Assembly (NCBI GenBank): GCA_041690135.1
Contig: JAWLHY010000015.1
Span: forward strand, 96,001-160,000
Length of the DNA stretch: 64,000 nt
Source of the DNA: Armatimonadota bacterium
GTDB taxonomy: Bacteria > Armatimonadota > SYMT01
Direction of reading: 5' to 3'
In this document: positions 50,067-59,934 of the stretch, one piece after another
Numbering within the stretch: position 1 is the first letter of the stretch
Layout of the letters: each line of letters starts with the position of its first letter
The notes under the pieces: model-generated
Databases searched by the model: none
What the model was told of the DNA's origin: nothing
What the model saw: only the letters and a program-made list of their open reading frames with translations
Translations under genes and position numbers: made by a program

Positions 50067-50474
50067 ATGCAACTACGAGCCATCTGCAAGTCCAAGATCC
50101 ACCACGCCACGGTCACCGAGGCGAACGTCGAGTACATCGGCAGCATCGCCATCGACAGTGACCTGCTGCGGCTGGCGGACATCGTTCCGGGAGAGAAGGT
50201 CGCCGTCTGGAACGTCACCAACGGCGAGCGGGTAGAGACGTATGCGCTGCCCGCGCCGGCCGGTTCCGGGCAGATCCTGGTGAATGGAGCCGCAGCCCAT
50301 CGGTTCAGCCCTGGCGACAAGGTGATCGTAGCGGCCTTCGTGCTGACCGACGAGATCATCACCCCGCACATGATCCTGGTAGACGGCCAGAACCGGTTCG
50401 TCGACTGGCTCGGCGATAACCGCATGCCGGACTGGTCCCTTCAGGACCTGGCTACTCCCGCTCCCGAGCTGTAG
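50067..50474 (+). CDS. panD: Aspartate 1-decarboxylase
   Basis: KSKIHHATVT, YIGS cleavage site, NGERVETY, NGAAA. Confidence 0.93.
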   Translation: MQLRAICKSKIHHATVTEANVEYIGSIAIDSDLLRLADIVPGEKVAVWNVTNGERVETYALPAPAGSGQILVNGAAAHRFSPGDKVIVAAFVLTDEIITPHMILVDGQNRFVDWLGDNRMPDWSLQDLATPAPEL

Positions 50475-50481
50475 TCCTGCG

Positions 50482-50519
50482 ATTGCAAATTGAGAATTGC
50501 AAATTGCAAATTGCAAATC
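50482..50519. repeat. Heptamer tandem repeat (attgcaa)
   Basis: attgcaaattgagaattgcaaattgcaaattgcaaat. Confidence 0.8.
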
Positions 50520-50551
50520 TGAATTAGCAGATACGCTCTCGGCTCTCGTAA

Positions 50552-50580
50552 TTGACGGACAAGCACCGTCTTGTTATACT
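50552..50580 (+). promoter_or_regulatory. Sigma70 promoter of thi operon
   Basis: TTGACG-17 bp-TATACT with extended TG. Confidence 0.75.
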
Positions 50581-50621
50581 GGCCTGGCTATTCTGGGAGA
50601 TAAATTCCCATCAATTGGCGA

Positions 50622-50708
50622 GCCGCTAGGGGTGCCGGCAGGGACGTAAGCCGGCTGAGAAGACACCCTCGGAACCTGGCCCTGGTAATGCAGGCGTAGG
50701 GAAGCGGA
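50622..50708 (+). promoter_or_regulatory. TPP riboswitch
   Basis: GGGGTG...GCTGAGAAGACACCC...GAACCTG...GTAATGC..GCGTAGGGAA upstream of thiG. Confidence 0.92.
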
Positions 50709-50744
50709 AGCATCGCAGTGTCGGACAGTCTTGTCCACAGGCAG

Positions 50745-50776
50745 AGCGCTTCCCCAGGGGAAGCGTTTTTTTGTTT
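50745..50776 (+). terminator. Riboswitch expression-platform terminator
   Basis: agcgcttcccc-a-ggggaagcgtt followed by tttttgttt. Confidence 0.85.
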
Positions 50777-50786
50777 GGAGGCGACC

Positions 50787-51578
50787 ATGGTCGGCGGTCA
50801 GAGTGACGATGTCCTGGTCATTGCGGGAAAGGAGTTCCGGTCCCGCCTGATCATGGGGAGCGGCAAGTTCCCCGACCCGGAAACCATGAACCGGGCTTAC
50901 GAGGCGGCCGGCACGGAGATGATCACCGTCGCACTGCGCCGGCTCAACCTGGACGACCCGAACGAGAAGACTCTCCTCGATTACATCGACTGGTCCCGCT
51001 ACGCCATCCTGCCGAACACGGCGGGCGCGCGTACGGCCGAAGAGGCGATCCACACCGCACGGCTCGCGCGGGCGATGGGCCTCTCGGACTGGATCAAGCT
51101 GGAAGTGATCCCCGATCCCAAGTACCTGTTGCCGGACCCCATCGGCACCCTCGAGGCGGCGAAGGTCCTGGTGAAGGAAGGGTTTGTCGTCCTACCGTAC
51201 ATCAACGACGACCCCATTCTTGCCAAGCATCTGGAGGAGATCGGCTGCGCCACCGTAATGCCACTGGCGGCGCCCATCGGCTCCGGGCAGGGATTGGTGA
51301 ACTACAGCCAGATCCAGATCATCATCGAGCAGGCGAACGTGCCGGTGGTTGTGGACGCGGGGATCGGGGCGCCCTCGGATGCCGCCCTGGCGATGGAGAT
51401 CGGCAGCTCCGCCTGCCTGATCAATTCGGCCATTGCGCTGGCGAAAGACCCGGTGGGGATGGCAAAGGCCATGGCCATGGGGGTGGCGGCGGGCCGCGAG
51501 GCCTACCGCGCAGGCCGCATGGCCCGCAAGGCCTACGCCTCCGCAAGCAGTCCGTTGGAAGGAATTGTGGGTAGGTGA
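50787..51578 (+). CDS. thiG: Thiazole synthase
   Basis: [39 protein letters not shown]. Confidence 0.96.
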   Translation: MVGGQSDDVLVIAGKEFRSRLIMGSGKFPDPETMNRAYEAAGTEMITVALRRLNLDDPNEKTLLDYIDWSRYAILPNTAGARTAEEAIHTARLARAMGLSDWIKLEVIPDPKYLLPDPIGTLEAAKVLVKEGFVVLPYINDDPILAKHLEEIGCATVMPLAAPIGSGQGLVNYSQIQIIIEQANVPVVVDAGIGAPSDAALAMEIGSSACLINSAIALAKDPVGMAKAMAMGVAAGREAYRAGRMARKAYASASSPLEGIVGR

Positions 51579-52246
51579 TGACGAGTTACGATCCCCGGCG
51601 CTGGCCGGAAAAGGTCTTGATGCTGGTCGTCGATCCGGGCCAGTGCGGCGACCGGAGCCTCTCCGAAGTGGTGGAGAAGGCGATCGACGGCGGAGTGAAC
51701 GTGGTCCAGCTCCGGGCCCCCGGCCTGCCGGCGGGCGAGCTGCTCTCCCTGGCCCGCCGTCTCCGCGGCATCTGCGCGCATCGCTCGCTCCTGGTGGTGA
51801 ACGACCGCCTCGACGTGGCGGTCCTTAGTGGCGCCGACGGAGTGCATCTGCCGGAGAACGGCCTTCCGGTCTCCGCGGCCCGGCAACTGCTGCCGCCCTC
51901 CATCCGGGTGGGGCGCTCCGTTCACTCGATCAACGCCGCCCGCCAGGCCGAGTCGGACGGCGCCGATTACGTGGTGCTGGGGACCATCTTCGCCAGCCCG
52001 ACGCATCCCGACCAGCAGCCCGCCGGCATCGAATTGGTGAGCAACGTGACGCGCCGCCTCAAGATCCCCGTGGTGGCGATCGGCGGCATCACCCCCGAAA
52101 ACGCCGACGCCTGCTGGAGCGCGGGCGCCACGGGCATCGCCGTCATTTCCAGCATCCTGAAGGCGGAGGACCCCCAGGCGGCGGCCCAGCGCCTGGCGCC
52201 CGCCTGCGAGGAGCGGGAGAAGGATGGGGAGGGAGCATGCGCCTGA
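51575..52246 (+). CDS. thiE: Thiamine phosphate synthase
   Basis: VQLR, VNDRLD, GVHL, ADYV, SPTH, AIGGI. Confidence 0.9.
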   Translation: MMTSYDPRRWPEKVLMLVVDPGQCGDRSLSEVVEKAIDGGVNVVQLRAPGLPAGELLSLARRLRGICAHRSLLVVNDRLDVAVLSGADGVHLPENGLPVSAARQLLPPSIRVGRSVHSINAARQAESDGADYVVLGTIFASPTHPDQQPAGIELVSNVTRRLKIPVVAIGGITPENADACWSAGATGIAVISSILKAEDPQAAAQRLAPACEEREKDGEGACA

Positions 52247-52434
52247 AGGTCAACGGCCAGGAGCGGGAGTTCGAGAACATCGGCACCGTCGAGGACCTGA
52301 TCGCCACTCTCGGCATTCACCGCATGATCGTCGTGGAACATAACGGCACGATCTTGAAGCGCGACCGGTACGCCACGTCGCGCCTCAATGAGGGCGACGT
52401 CCTCGAGATCGTCCACATGGTGGGCGGCGGCTAG
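52237..52434 (+). CDS. thiS: Sulfur carrier protein ThiS
   Basis: 65 aa, VNG, C-terminal VGGG. Confidence 0.93.
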   Translation: MRLKVNGQEREFENIGTVEDLIATLGIHRMIVVEHNGTILKRDRYATSRLNEGDVLEIVHMVGGG

Positions 52435-52440
52435 CGCGCT

Positions 52441-53553
52441 GTGATGGCCCATCCCGATGTCATCGTAGTCGGCGGCGGCGTGGTGGGCTGCGCCGTGACC
52501 TATTTCCTGGCGGCGGCCGGATACCGCGTCGCGCTCCTCGAGCGCGGAGAACTCGCCTCCCAGGCTTCCGGGGCGGCGGCCGGCATGCTCGCGCCGATCT
52601 GCGAGGCGACGGACGACGGGCCGTTCTTCGAACTCGGGGTCCGCAGCCTGGCGATGTTCCCCGACCTGGCGCCGGTGCTGCGCGAGCGCTCGGGGATCGA
52701 TCCCCAGTTCGTGCCTTCCGGAATTCTGCGGGTAGCCGCATCAGAGGAAGAGGCGGACCATCTCCGGGAGCAGGCGGCTCGCCTTAGCGGCTACGGGCTG
52801 GAGTGGCTGGACGCGGAGGCGGCGCGCGAGCGGGAGCCACTGCTGGCCCCCGATCTCCGGGGCGCGCTCTGGTCACCCCGAGAAGCGCATGTCTACAGCC
52901 CGCTGATGACGCGGGCGTACGCCGGAGCCGCCGCGGCGCTCGGCGCCTCCGTGGAGATGGGCGTACCGGTGATAGAGTTGCTGCGGCAGGGGGAGCGGGT
53001 ACGAGGCATCCAAACCCCGAGCGGTCCCCGGGAAGCCGGTCTTGTGATCCTTTGCACCGGTGCCTGGACCCGCTTTTGCACGGCCTGGCTGGACGTGGCG
53101 GTGCCGATCGAGCCGGTGCGCGGACAGATCCTGGCGCTGGAGGCCCCGCGGCCCGCACCGAGATCCATCGTGTGGGGAGAAGGGGCTTACCTCGTTCCCA
53201 AGCTGGCCGGCCAGGTCATCGTGGGTGCGACCCAGGAACAGGCGGGGTTCGATTGTCGAACTACCGCCGCAGGGGTGGCGCGTCTGCTTTCGGCGGCCCC
53301 TCGCTACCTGCCCGCCCTGGCGAAAAGCACGTTCCTGCATGCCTGGGCCGGGCTCCGGCCGGACACGCCGGATCATCTCCCGCTGCTCGGTCCGTTGCCG
53401 GGCGTGGAGGGCCTGCTGCTGGCCGCGGGGCACTTCCGCAACGGGGTATTGCTCAGTCCGATCACGGGAGAGATCATGCAGCGACTGGTCTCTGCCGGCA
53501 GCCTGCCCGCGGAAGCGGAACCTTTCCACCCGAAACGATTGATCGGCGTTTAG
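52441..53553 (+). CDS. thiO: Glycine oxidase
   Basis: GGGVVG, ASGAAAGML, PVRGQ, GLRP, GHFRNGVLL; in thi operon. Confidence 0.92.
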   Translation: MMAHPDVIVVGGGVVGCAVTYFLAAAGYRVALLERGELASQASGAAAGMLAPICEATDDGPFFELGVRSLAMFPDLAPVLRERSGIDPQFVPSGILRVAASEEEADHLREQAARLSGYGLEWLDAEAAREREPLLAPDLRGALWSPREAHVYSPLMTRAYAGAAAALGASVEMGVPVIELLRQGERVRGIQTPSGPREAGLVILCTGAWTRFCTAWLDVAVPIEPVRGQILALEAPRPAPRSIVWGEGAYLVPKLAGQVIVGATQEQAGFDCRTTAAGVARLLSAAPRYLPALAKSTFLHAWAGLRPDTPDHLPLLGPLPGVEGLLLAAGHFRNGVLLSPITGEIMQRLVSAGSLPAEAEPFHPKRLIGV

Positions 53554-53631
53554 GAGGTGCCTGCATCCCGACGCATGCGCCGGGTAAGAGTCAAGGGATC
53601 GTCGTGGCGAATGGAATGCGATCCAGGTGCA

Positions 53632-53756
53632 TGCCCGGAGTCCCCGAGATATCGGGGCTTTGCAGTACGATATTGGCATCCACCTGGCCCCAGTCGGCTA
53701 CCGGCGTGGGACCCAGAAGCAGGTTCTTTGCCGAGGGATACCTCGGACTCCGGGCA
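53632..53756. repeat. CCCCGAGATATCGGGG-family REPIN-like element
   Basis: 12-bp terminal IR tgcccggagtcc / ggactccgggca, each with an internal GATA-loop hairpin. Confidence 0.8.
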
Positions 53757-53982
53757 AGGATCAAGCTGTTGTCCCGTTTATCAAGATGGAGCTATGGTCC
53801 CTGCCAGGGTTCCCTACCGCCTGGGGCCGGAGCGCAACCACAGGCAACCCACTGATCCAGTTGGTACTATCGGTGGGCGGGACGCCCGCGCCACGTTACT
53901 CGCAACGGACGCAGGATCGAGGCGCCCGCAAGGCGAACAGTACTCTACAATCCCGCCGAGGGGATCCGGAGGAGAAATCCGC

Positions 53983-54468
53983 TTGCCGTCTCAGCCCTGC
54001 ACCAATCATCCGAACGAGATGACCTTCATCCGGTGCGGACGGTGCGACAAGCCGTTTTGCGTGCGGTGCCTGGTGGATACGCCGGTCGGCAAGAAGTGCC
54101 GGGCGTGCGCCGAGAACCGCACGCACCTGACCGAGTACACCCCCGGCAGCGTGCTGGCCGTGCTGGTGGCGACCTTGATTACGGCGTTGGTCGGCGCGTG
54201 GCTCATCAAGGAGCTGCGGATCCTGCTCCTGGCCGCGCCGTACGGCTGGATAGTGGGAGAGGTGGCCCTTCGGGCGGGGAAGCGCAGTAGAAGCACGGCG
54301 GTCCAGGTAGCGACCGGGCTCGGAACCTTGCTCGGTGGCCTGCTTGGAATGGGATACACGGCAGCCGGGGAAATGGCTCCCGCGGGCTGGCACTTTCCCG
54401 GGCTCTGGGGCCTGGCGATGGTCATTTTGGGATGTATGATCGCCGTCTCGCGAGTCCGGCATCTTTGA
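53983..54468 (+). CDS. B-box-like zinc finger membrane protein
   Basis: CTNHP...RCGRCDKPFCVRCL...VGKKCRAC plus TMs; GGAGG SD before TTG. Confidence 0.8.
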   Translation: MPSQPCTNHPNEMTFIRCGRCDKPFCVRCLVDTPVGKKCRACAENRTHLTEYTPGSVLAVLVATLITALVGAWLIKELRILLLAAPYGWIVGEVALRAGKRSRSTAVQVATGLGTLLGGLLGMGYTAAGEMAPAGWHFPGLWGLAMVILGCMIAVSRVRHL

Positions 54469-54483
54469 AACGGTTTGGTGGCA

Positions 54484-55200
54484 ATGGCACTACAGATTGA
54501 CGCAATACTGGAACTCCAGTCCCTCGATACGGAGATCGGAAAGCTGCAGCAAGAGCAGGGAGCCCTGGATCGCGGCGACCGGGTCGAGCGGGCTCTGGCG
54601 ATCCGGCAGGCCCGGCTTACCCAGGCGGAACGCCGTTACCAGGGGCTACAGATCGAGCAGCGCAGCGCGGAGCTGGAGTTGAAGGGACTGGAAGAGAAGA
54701 AGCACGAGGAGTCCCAGCGCCTTTACAGCGGCAAGATCACCGCACCCCGCGAGCTGCAGTCGATCGAGATGGAGATCGCGATGCTGGAGCGCCAGCGGCA
54801 GCGGCTGGACGAGAGCATTCTGAAGCGGATGGATGAGATCGAGGCGGCCCGTAAGGCGGTCGAGACCGCGAGCGCCGCCGTCGACGAAGCCCAGAAGGCG
54901 CTCAAGATCGTCCGTCGCCGGTACGAGAAGGAAGCGGCCCGCGTCGAAGGCGAGCTCGGGAAGCTCCTCCCGCGGCGGGACCGCATTGCGAAGTCTCTCG
55001 ATCCCGAAGTGCTGCAGCGCTACGATTCGATCCGCCGGCGGCAGCACAACATCGGCGCGGTCCGGATCGAGAACCTGGCCTGCGGCGGCTGCCGGATGAA
55101 GGTCGGCGGAGCACTCATGCGACGCGTGGTGGCCGGCGAGCAATACGTTTACTGCGAAAGCTGCAGCCGCTTCCTCTTCCCGCCCCTGGAAGAGGGCTAG
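54484..55200 (+). CDS. Coiled-coil protein with C-terminal C4 zinc ribbon (DUF164/CT398-like)
   Basis: LQSLD, long coiled coil, CGGCRM...CESCSRFL. Confidence 0.88.
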   Translation: MALQIDAILELQSLDTEIGKLQQEQGALDRGDRVERALAIRQARLTQAERRYQGLQIEQRSAELELKGLEEKKHEESQRLYSGKITAPRELQSIEMEIAMLERQRQRLDESILKRMDEIEAARKAVETASAAVDEAQKALKIVRRRYEKEAARVEGELGKLLPRRDRIAKSLDPEVLQRYDSIRRRQHNIGAVRIENLACGGCRMKVGGALMRRVVAGEQYVYCESCSRFLFPPLEEG

Positions 55201-55212
55201 TTTTCACGTAAG

Positions 55213-55644
55213 GTGCCGCCGGAAATGCGACTGGAAGAACAGGCGCTGCAGAGATGTGACGAGACGGGCGACGGGTTCCCACCCGCGCCCGTTCGCCGTC
55301 GGAGACGCTCTCGCCGACCCGAGCCAGGTTCCCTTGGGCAGCAATATCTTGCGGAGACCCGTCGGAAACGCGCAACGGCCTTCCTGCTCATCGTGGCTAC
55401 CCTGGCGGCCTGCGCACTGTTCCTCTTCCGCCCGGGCTTCCAGTCGATCTCCCAGGCATCGCAAGCGGGAAGGGCGCCGGGAGCACGGTCCCAGCAGGAC
55501 TGGCTGCAGCAACCCGGGGTCCGCGAAGCCGTGATGCGCGCGCTCCAGGGCCGCACCGGCAGCCTTCCGGAGAGCGGGGGAGCGGTGATCCACGATGGGA
55601 CCACCGGCCGGAAGCTGGAAATCAAGACCCCGCAGGGGGACTAG
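55213..55644 (+). CDS. Hypothetical single-TM protein
   Basis: 143-aa ORF with one hydrophobic helix. Confidence 0.55.
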   Translation: MPPEMRLEEQALQRCDETGDGFPPAPVRRRRRSRRPEPGSLGQQYLAETRRKRATAFLLIVATLAACALFLFRPGFQSISQASQAGRAPGARSQQDWLQQPGVREAVMRALQGRTGSLPESGGAVIHDGTTGRKLEIKTPQGD

Positions 55645-55708
55645 GATCAGGATAAAGATAAAGAGGGCCGGGGTGGATTAGGACTAGGATTACGATTAGG
55701 ATGAGGAC
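55645..55708. repeat. Hexamer tandem repeats (ggatta/ggataa type)
   Basis: gatcaggataaagataaa ... ggattaggactaggattacgattaggatgagga; related tracts at 56991-57021 and 59843-59924. Confidence 0.75.
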
Positions 55709-55922
55709 GTCCGTCCCTGCGGAGTTATTTCCGCGCACCCTTTAGCCGCACCCTGGCACGGGTCGCGACCCTGAACGGTCGCGCTCTGGTACCGCACGCT
55801 GCCCACCTCCGTGGGCGCGCGGTTCGTATTCAAAGCGGCGGCAGATCCTCCAGGTAGCTCCTGCTGTGAAAATAGACCCTCGCCGCCGCCCATTTTCATT
55901 AATGGGGGTGAGCCGTAGGCTC

Positions 55923-56981
55923 ATGATCGCTGAACACCTGAACACCGTGCCTTCTGTCTACCCCCTCCGTGAATCGATGATTGGCCGGGTGGGACTGGTG
56001 GTTCCCGCCTGGTTCGCGCCCGACACCTCACCCCAGTTAGCCCGGGAGTTGCTGCACGCCACTTTGGGCGATCTGCCGTCTTGCCTGGCGCCGGCGGATG
56101 CACTGGTGGTGGTGGATGGCTCCCCGGTTGCCGCCGCGGCCGCGCGTGCGGTGCTGGCCGGTCTCTCGGCGGGCGGCGCTCCCCCGTTCCGGATCCATGA
56201 ACTGCCGGAGAACCAGGGGAAGGGCGCCGCGCTCGCCCTCGGCATCCGGCTCCTGCTGGAGGAGCGGCCGCAGCTCACCTGGATCGCCATCCGGGATGCC
56301 GACGGCGACCACTTCCTGGACGACCTGCCCCACCTCTACCGCGCCGGAGAGCAGGTCCGCGAGGCGTACCCGGACCGGCCCGTGTGGGTCGTGGGGCGGC
56401 GGAGCAGCGTCCACGCCCCCCTGGGTTGGATCCGCGGCGAATACGAGCTGCTGTTGAACGAAGTGATCGTGGAGGCGGTCGCCTTCGCCCGCGCCCGCGC
56501 CGGCCGCGTGTGGGATACCCGGTTCCTCATCGATCGCGTGCCCGACCTGCAGAGCGGCTATAAGCTCTACACCGCGGAGGCGGCGCGGCTCAGCCTAAAG
56601 GCGATCGCGACAGAGGCAACAGCTTACCCGGACCTGGACCTGGGTCGGACCGGAATGGAGATCGTGCCGTTCGTCGCCCTCGCCCTGAACGGCGGCATCT
56701 GTGTGGAAGGGGAGCGCAAGACCTTCTTCGACCAGCCGGTCTCCAGCTACGGCCGCGCGGACCGTGCCGCGTTCTACGGCTCCAAGCTCGCCTGGGCGCT
56801 CCTCAAGTGCGAGCTTCCGGCGGAGGCCTCCGCCCGCCTCCTGGACGGCGCCCTGGCCCGGCGTCCGCTCTTCACCGATCCCGCCGGCCGCGAAGAGCTC
56901 CTCCGCTTCCGGGAGGCGGTCCTCCAGCGGCTCGATCCCGGTTACGACGCCACACCGCCCCTCACCCGCCTCTACCTCTAG
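55923..56981 (+). CDS. Glycosyltransferase family 2-like protein (start uncertain)
   Basis: VVVDGS, ENQGKGAAL, DADGDH, DLQSGYKLY. Confidence 0.8.
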   Translation: MIAEHLNTVPSVYPLRESMIGRVGLVVPAWFAPDTSPQLARELLHATLGDLPSCLAPADALVVVDGSPVAAAAARAVLAGLSAGGAPPFRIHELPENQGKGAALALGIRLLLEERPQLTWIAIRDADGDHFLDDLPHLYRAGEQVREAYPDRPVWVVGRRSSVHAPLGWIRGEYELLLNEVIVEAVAFARARAGRVWDTRFLIDRVPDLQSGYKLYTAEAARLSLKAIATEATAYPDLDLGRTGMEIVPFVALALNGGICVEGERKTFFDQPVSSYGRADRAAFYGSKLAWALLKCELPAEASARLLDGALARRPLFTDPAGREELLRFREAVLQRLDPGYDATPPLTRLYL

Positions 56982-57047
56982 CCTGAGGCCGATTACGATA
57001 AGGATTACGATGAGGATCAGGAAGGGCGGGGTGGGGAGGCCGAGGTG

Positions 57048-57232
57048 GGAGTTCGTTTCGTAGTTTTGGGCGCGCATTCTCGACACAGAGGGCCACAGAG
57101 AGGACGATAGGGGACACAGACTCCGAAAGGGACTTTGACACGGATAGCACGGATGGAACGGATCGACACGGCAGAGTCGAAGGGGAGGAGTTCGTTTCGC
57201 AGATCTGGCGCAGGTTCTTGACACCGAGAGGC
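57048..57232. repeat. Two ~46-bp direct repeats beginning ggagttcgtttcg and ending in a GACACAGAG-like motif
   Basis: Copies start at 57048 and 57187; third core at 57607-57626. Confidence 0.7.
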
Positions 57233-57425
57233 GAAAGGGTCGGCGTCACGACGGAGCTCACGGAGCGCACAGAGAGGGTTGGGGCAGGCGGTTTCGACGG
57301 GAGTCGGGACCGCCTGCCCGTTTGTGTGGGGGTTTGCGAGATGGAGTTGTCAAAGTTCCGCCCTTATGCGGAGGGGCGGCCGGACTTCGCCGGGACCGGA
57401 GAAGGTGAAGGTAGCGAAAAGAGGG

Positions 57426-58574
57426 CTACGTCCAGGAATTGAGCGGGCTTGCGGCGACCCTGGGCGAGCCGAAGATCACGGCATTGCGCCCCGGGTGGTT
57501 CCCCGTGTTGATCCCGGCAAAGGAATGCCGGGCTGTACACGCGAAACCCGCCGCTGCGGGTTGGGGTGCGGCGGAGTCACGAAGGGTGCTGGGGGTTCGC
57601 AGGGGAGAGTTCGTTTCGCAGTTTTTCGGTAGGGCCGGAGAGACCTGGGGAGATGCGGCGATGGCAGGCTCGGCCGGCGGGGGTAGTGTGCGGCTGGGCC
57701 TCCTGCGTTCCGCCGGAGAGGAGGGGGACTCCTTTTCGGGAGCCGCATTGTCCGGCAGGTGCGCCTGGGTAGGGCGGACGTCTTTGAGGAGGCGGTGGAG
57801 GCGGGCGAGCTGGCGGCCGAGGTGCGCCTCGTAGCGGGTGAGCTTCTCCAGTTCGTCGGCGCCGGGGAGTTGCGCTACCTCCAGCTGATCGCGGAGCCGG
57901 GTTTCGACGCGGTGGATCTCCAGGGAGAGCTGCGCCGCTTCCCGCTCCTGGTGGCGGTGGAGGGCGTGGAAGAGATCTTCCAGCGGCATCTCGCAACGGT
58001 CGGCCAGGTCACGGAGCGCCCGGCGAAGGGTGGCGGCGGTGCCGTGAAAGCGGTCGTCACCCCGGAGCGGCTGGAGGTGGGCTTCCATGCGGTCCCAGTT
58101 AGCGCCGGAGAGGGTGCGATGGACCGCTTCGTGGGCCCGGCAGATCACCTGCCAGTGCTGCGCCTCGGTCAAGGGGTCCGTGTCGGGGAGATCCCGGAGG
58201 GAGCGCAGCCAATCGAGATGCTCCAACCGCTCGGCGACGCACTCCTTCGCGTCCGCCAGCGTGAGTTTCCGGCGGCTCACCGTATCCTCCACGCACGGGC
58301 TTTCCGCTTCTTCGTGGAGCTTGCGACGGCGGAGGTTGACGGCGGTCACCTCGGCACGGGCACAGCGAGCGAGGCGCCAGAGCACGGAGGCGATCTGCTC
58401 GCCGAGGGTGTGGTCGAGCACGCCGACCGCCTGGAGATCGGCGAGAATTCCCTGCCGATGCCGCTCCCAGTCTTCCTGAGTCTCGAGGTCGTCGACGACG
58501 ACACGCTCGGAGAGTAGCCCATGCTTGAGGGCGTTCATGGAAGAGCGTTGTTTACCGGTTTCGGTTTTGGACAT
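57426..58574 (-). CDS. Hypothetical protein with N-terminal GKxxSSxNALKHGL motif
   Basis: MSKTETGKQRSSMNALKHGLLS; WRLAR; LTRYEAHL.R; AAGGAG SD. Confidence 0.8.
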   Translation of the reverse strand: MSKTETGKQRSSMNALKHGLLSERVVVDDLETQEDWERHRQGILADLQAVGVLDHTLGEQIASVLWRLARCARAEVTAVNLRRRKLHEEAESPCVEDTVSRRKLTLADAKECVAERLEHLDWLRSLRDLPDTDPLTEAQHWQVICRAHEAVHRTLSGANWDRMEAHLQPLRGDDRFHGTAATLRRALRDLADRCEMPLEDLFHALHRHQEREAAQLSLEIHRVETRLRDQLEVAQLPGADELEKLTRYEAHLGRQLARLHRLLKDVRPTQAHLPDNAAPEKESPSSPAERRRPSRTLPPPAEPAIAASPQVSPALPKNCETNSPLRTPSTLRDSAAPQPAAAGFACTARHSFAGINTGNHPGRNAVIFGSPRVAASPLNSWT

Positions 58575-58640
58575 GAACTTACTCCTTCGGAGCCACAGAT
58601 TTCACAGATTGGAAGACCGGCTGACTGACTTCTGTATTAC

Positions 58641-58670
58641 TAGTATACGCGGGTGGCTGTATACTATCAA
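58641..58670 (-). promoter_or_regulatory. Sigma70 promoter with overlapping palindromic operator-like site
   Basis: TTGATA-17 bp-TATACT (minus); IR tagtatac-N10-gtatacta. Confidence 0.6.
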
Positions 58671-59201
58671 GCTTTAGTTTGTATTTTTAGGTAGGGCGTT
58701 TTGCACAGCCAAGCGGGGAGAGGCAGGCGTGGGGAGAGCGGTCCGGGGAAGAATGCCGGGCGCGGGGGAGTGGAGGGGGAGTTGCGACCTGCGAGAGTAC
58801 GGGGCCGGAGGTGCTGACCAGCGTGACGTCGCCTGCGGGAAGAGAGACGATTCTGAAGTCATCGCCTCCGGTGGCGGATGAGGGGCTGGTGATCGCGTGC
58901 CCGGTTCACTCACTCTCAGTGAGTCGTGTGGGATCCTATCCGTGCCGGTCGGAAGTGCAGTAACCCCATGGCCGGCATTCTCCAGGCTCGTCCGGATGCC
59001 GGCAGCACTGGAGCGGGGTCCCAGGGTCGGATCTCGCCCAACCACAAGGATGTTAGCCATCGTAGATCGATCCCATACGCGTCCAAAGCGGTAACTGGAC
59101 GGATGAAGCCCGGCCAGTTGCCTCCTTCAGGCGATTGAACCAGCGGGTTGGTTCGGTGACATCAGGGGCTCTGCCGGCGAGGAGGCGTGAGGGAGTTCGG
59201 T

Positions 59202-59229
59202 GCCCCGATATCTCGGGGACTCCGGGGCA
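59202..59229. repeat. CCCCGAGATATCGGGG-family REP copy
   Basis: gccccgatatctcggggactccggggca. Confidence 0.8.
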
Positions 59230-59398
59230 TGGCGCAGGCTTCTGTGCGCGTTGGCGCCGTCAGGTTCAGGTTCCTGGTCTGGTTGGGGCCCATTGGGTGG
59301 GTCCAACCAGCAGGGAACGTGCTGCGTTCACCGGGAGGGAGGAACCTGGCTAATAGGGGCGTGTCTGGCCGGTAAGCGCTGCCTAGGGAGAGAACCTG

Positions 59399-59623
59399 AT
59401 GAAGACGGATCGAACGACAAAGCTCTTACTGCTCGCGATTGCCTCTGCCCTGTGGGTGCAGATCCTGCGACCCGCCTTTGCACCCACACCCGCCACGGCC
59501 GAGGCGGGCCCGATACAGGTTGACATCGTCCGGGTGAAAGGTCAGGATCTGGTCAGCACGGTGGTCCCCGTGGATGGAAGTTCCATCTCCGTGTGGCCTC
59601 TCAAGGTCAAAGTAGAGAATTGA
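59399..59623 (+). CDS. Small secreted or membrane-anchored hypothetical protein
   Basis: MKTDRTTKLLLLAIASALW signal-like; GGAG SD. Confidence 0.65.
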   Translation: MKTDRTTKLLLLAIASALWVQILRPAFAPTPATAEAGPIQVDIVRVKGQDLVSTVVPVDGSSISVWPLKVKVEN

Positions 59624-59732
59624 GGCAGCGACAGCCATTCTCCGATGGCAGACGGGAGCGGAGTCGCCGCGTAGAGGTTGTGTTCCGTAACGCCAGAGAC
59701 GGAACCGGCGAGGGGGCAAGAGGAAGCTCAGT

Positions 59733-59759
59733 GCCCCGATATCTCGGGGACTCCGGGCA
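59733..59759. repeat. CCCCGAGATATCGGGG-family REP copy
   Basis: gccccgatatctcggggactccgggca. Confidence 0.8.
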
Positions 59760-59934
59760 GAATGCAAGACGCAGCCCGAGTTGACGTTGGCGGCTTCGGT
59801 GGCCTGAGTTTGGTAAGTCTCACAACCTCCTGAATGACGCCTCCTTATCCTTATCCAGTAAAGAGGGGGCCGTTCCGCCTCACGGAACAGCCCCTCTTTA
59901 TCCTTATCTTCCCGGGTCCTTATCTTCGCCGGGG

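Noticed and set aside
58674-59060. ORF starting MANILVVG, resembling a receiver or glycosyltransferase N-terminus
   Set aside because: Only about 35 residues look protein-like; the rest is low complexity, so support is insufficient.
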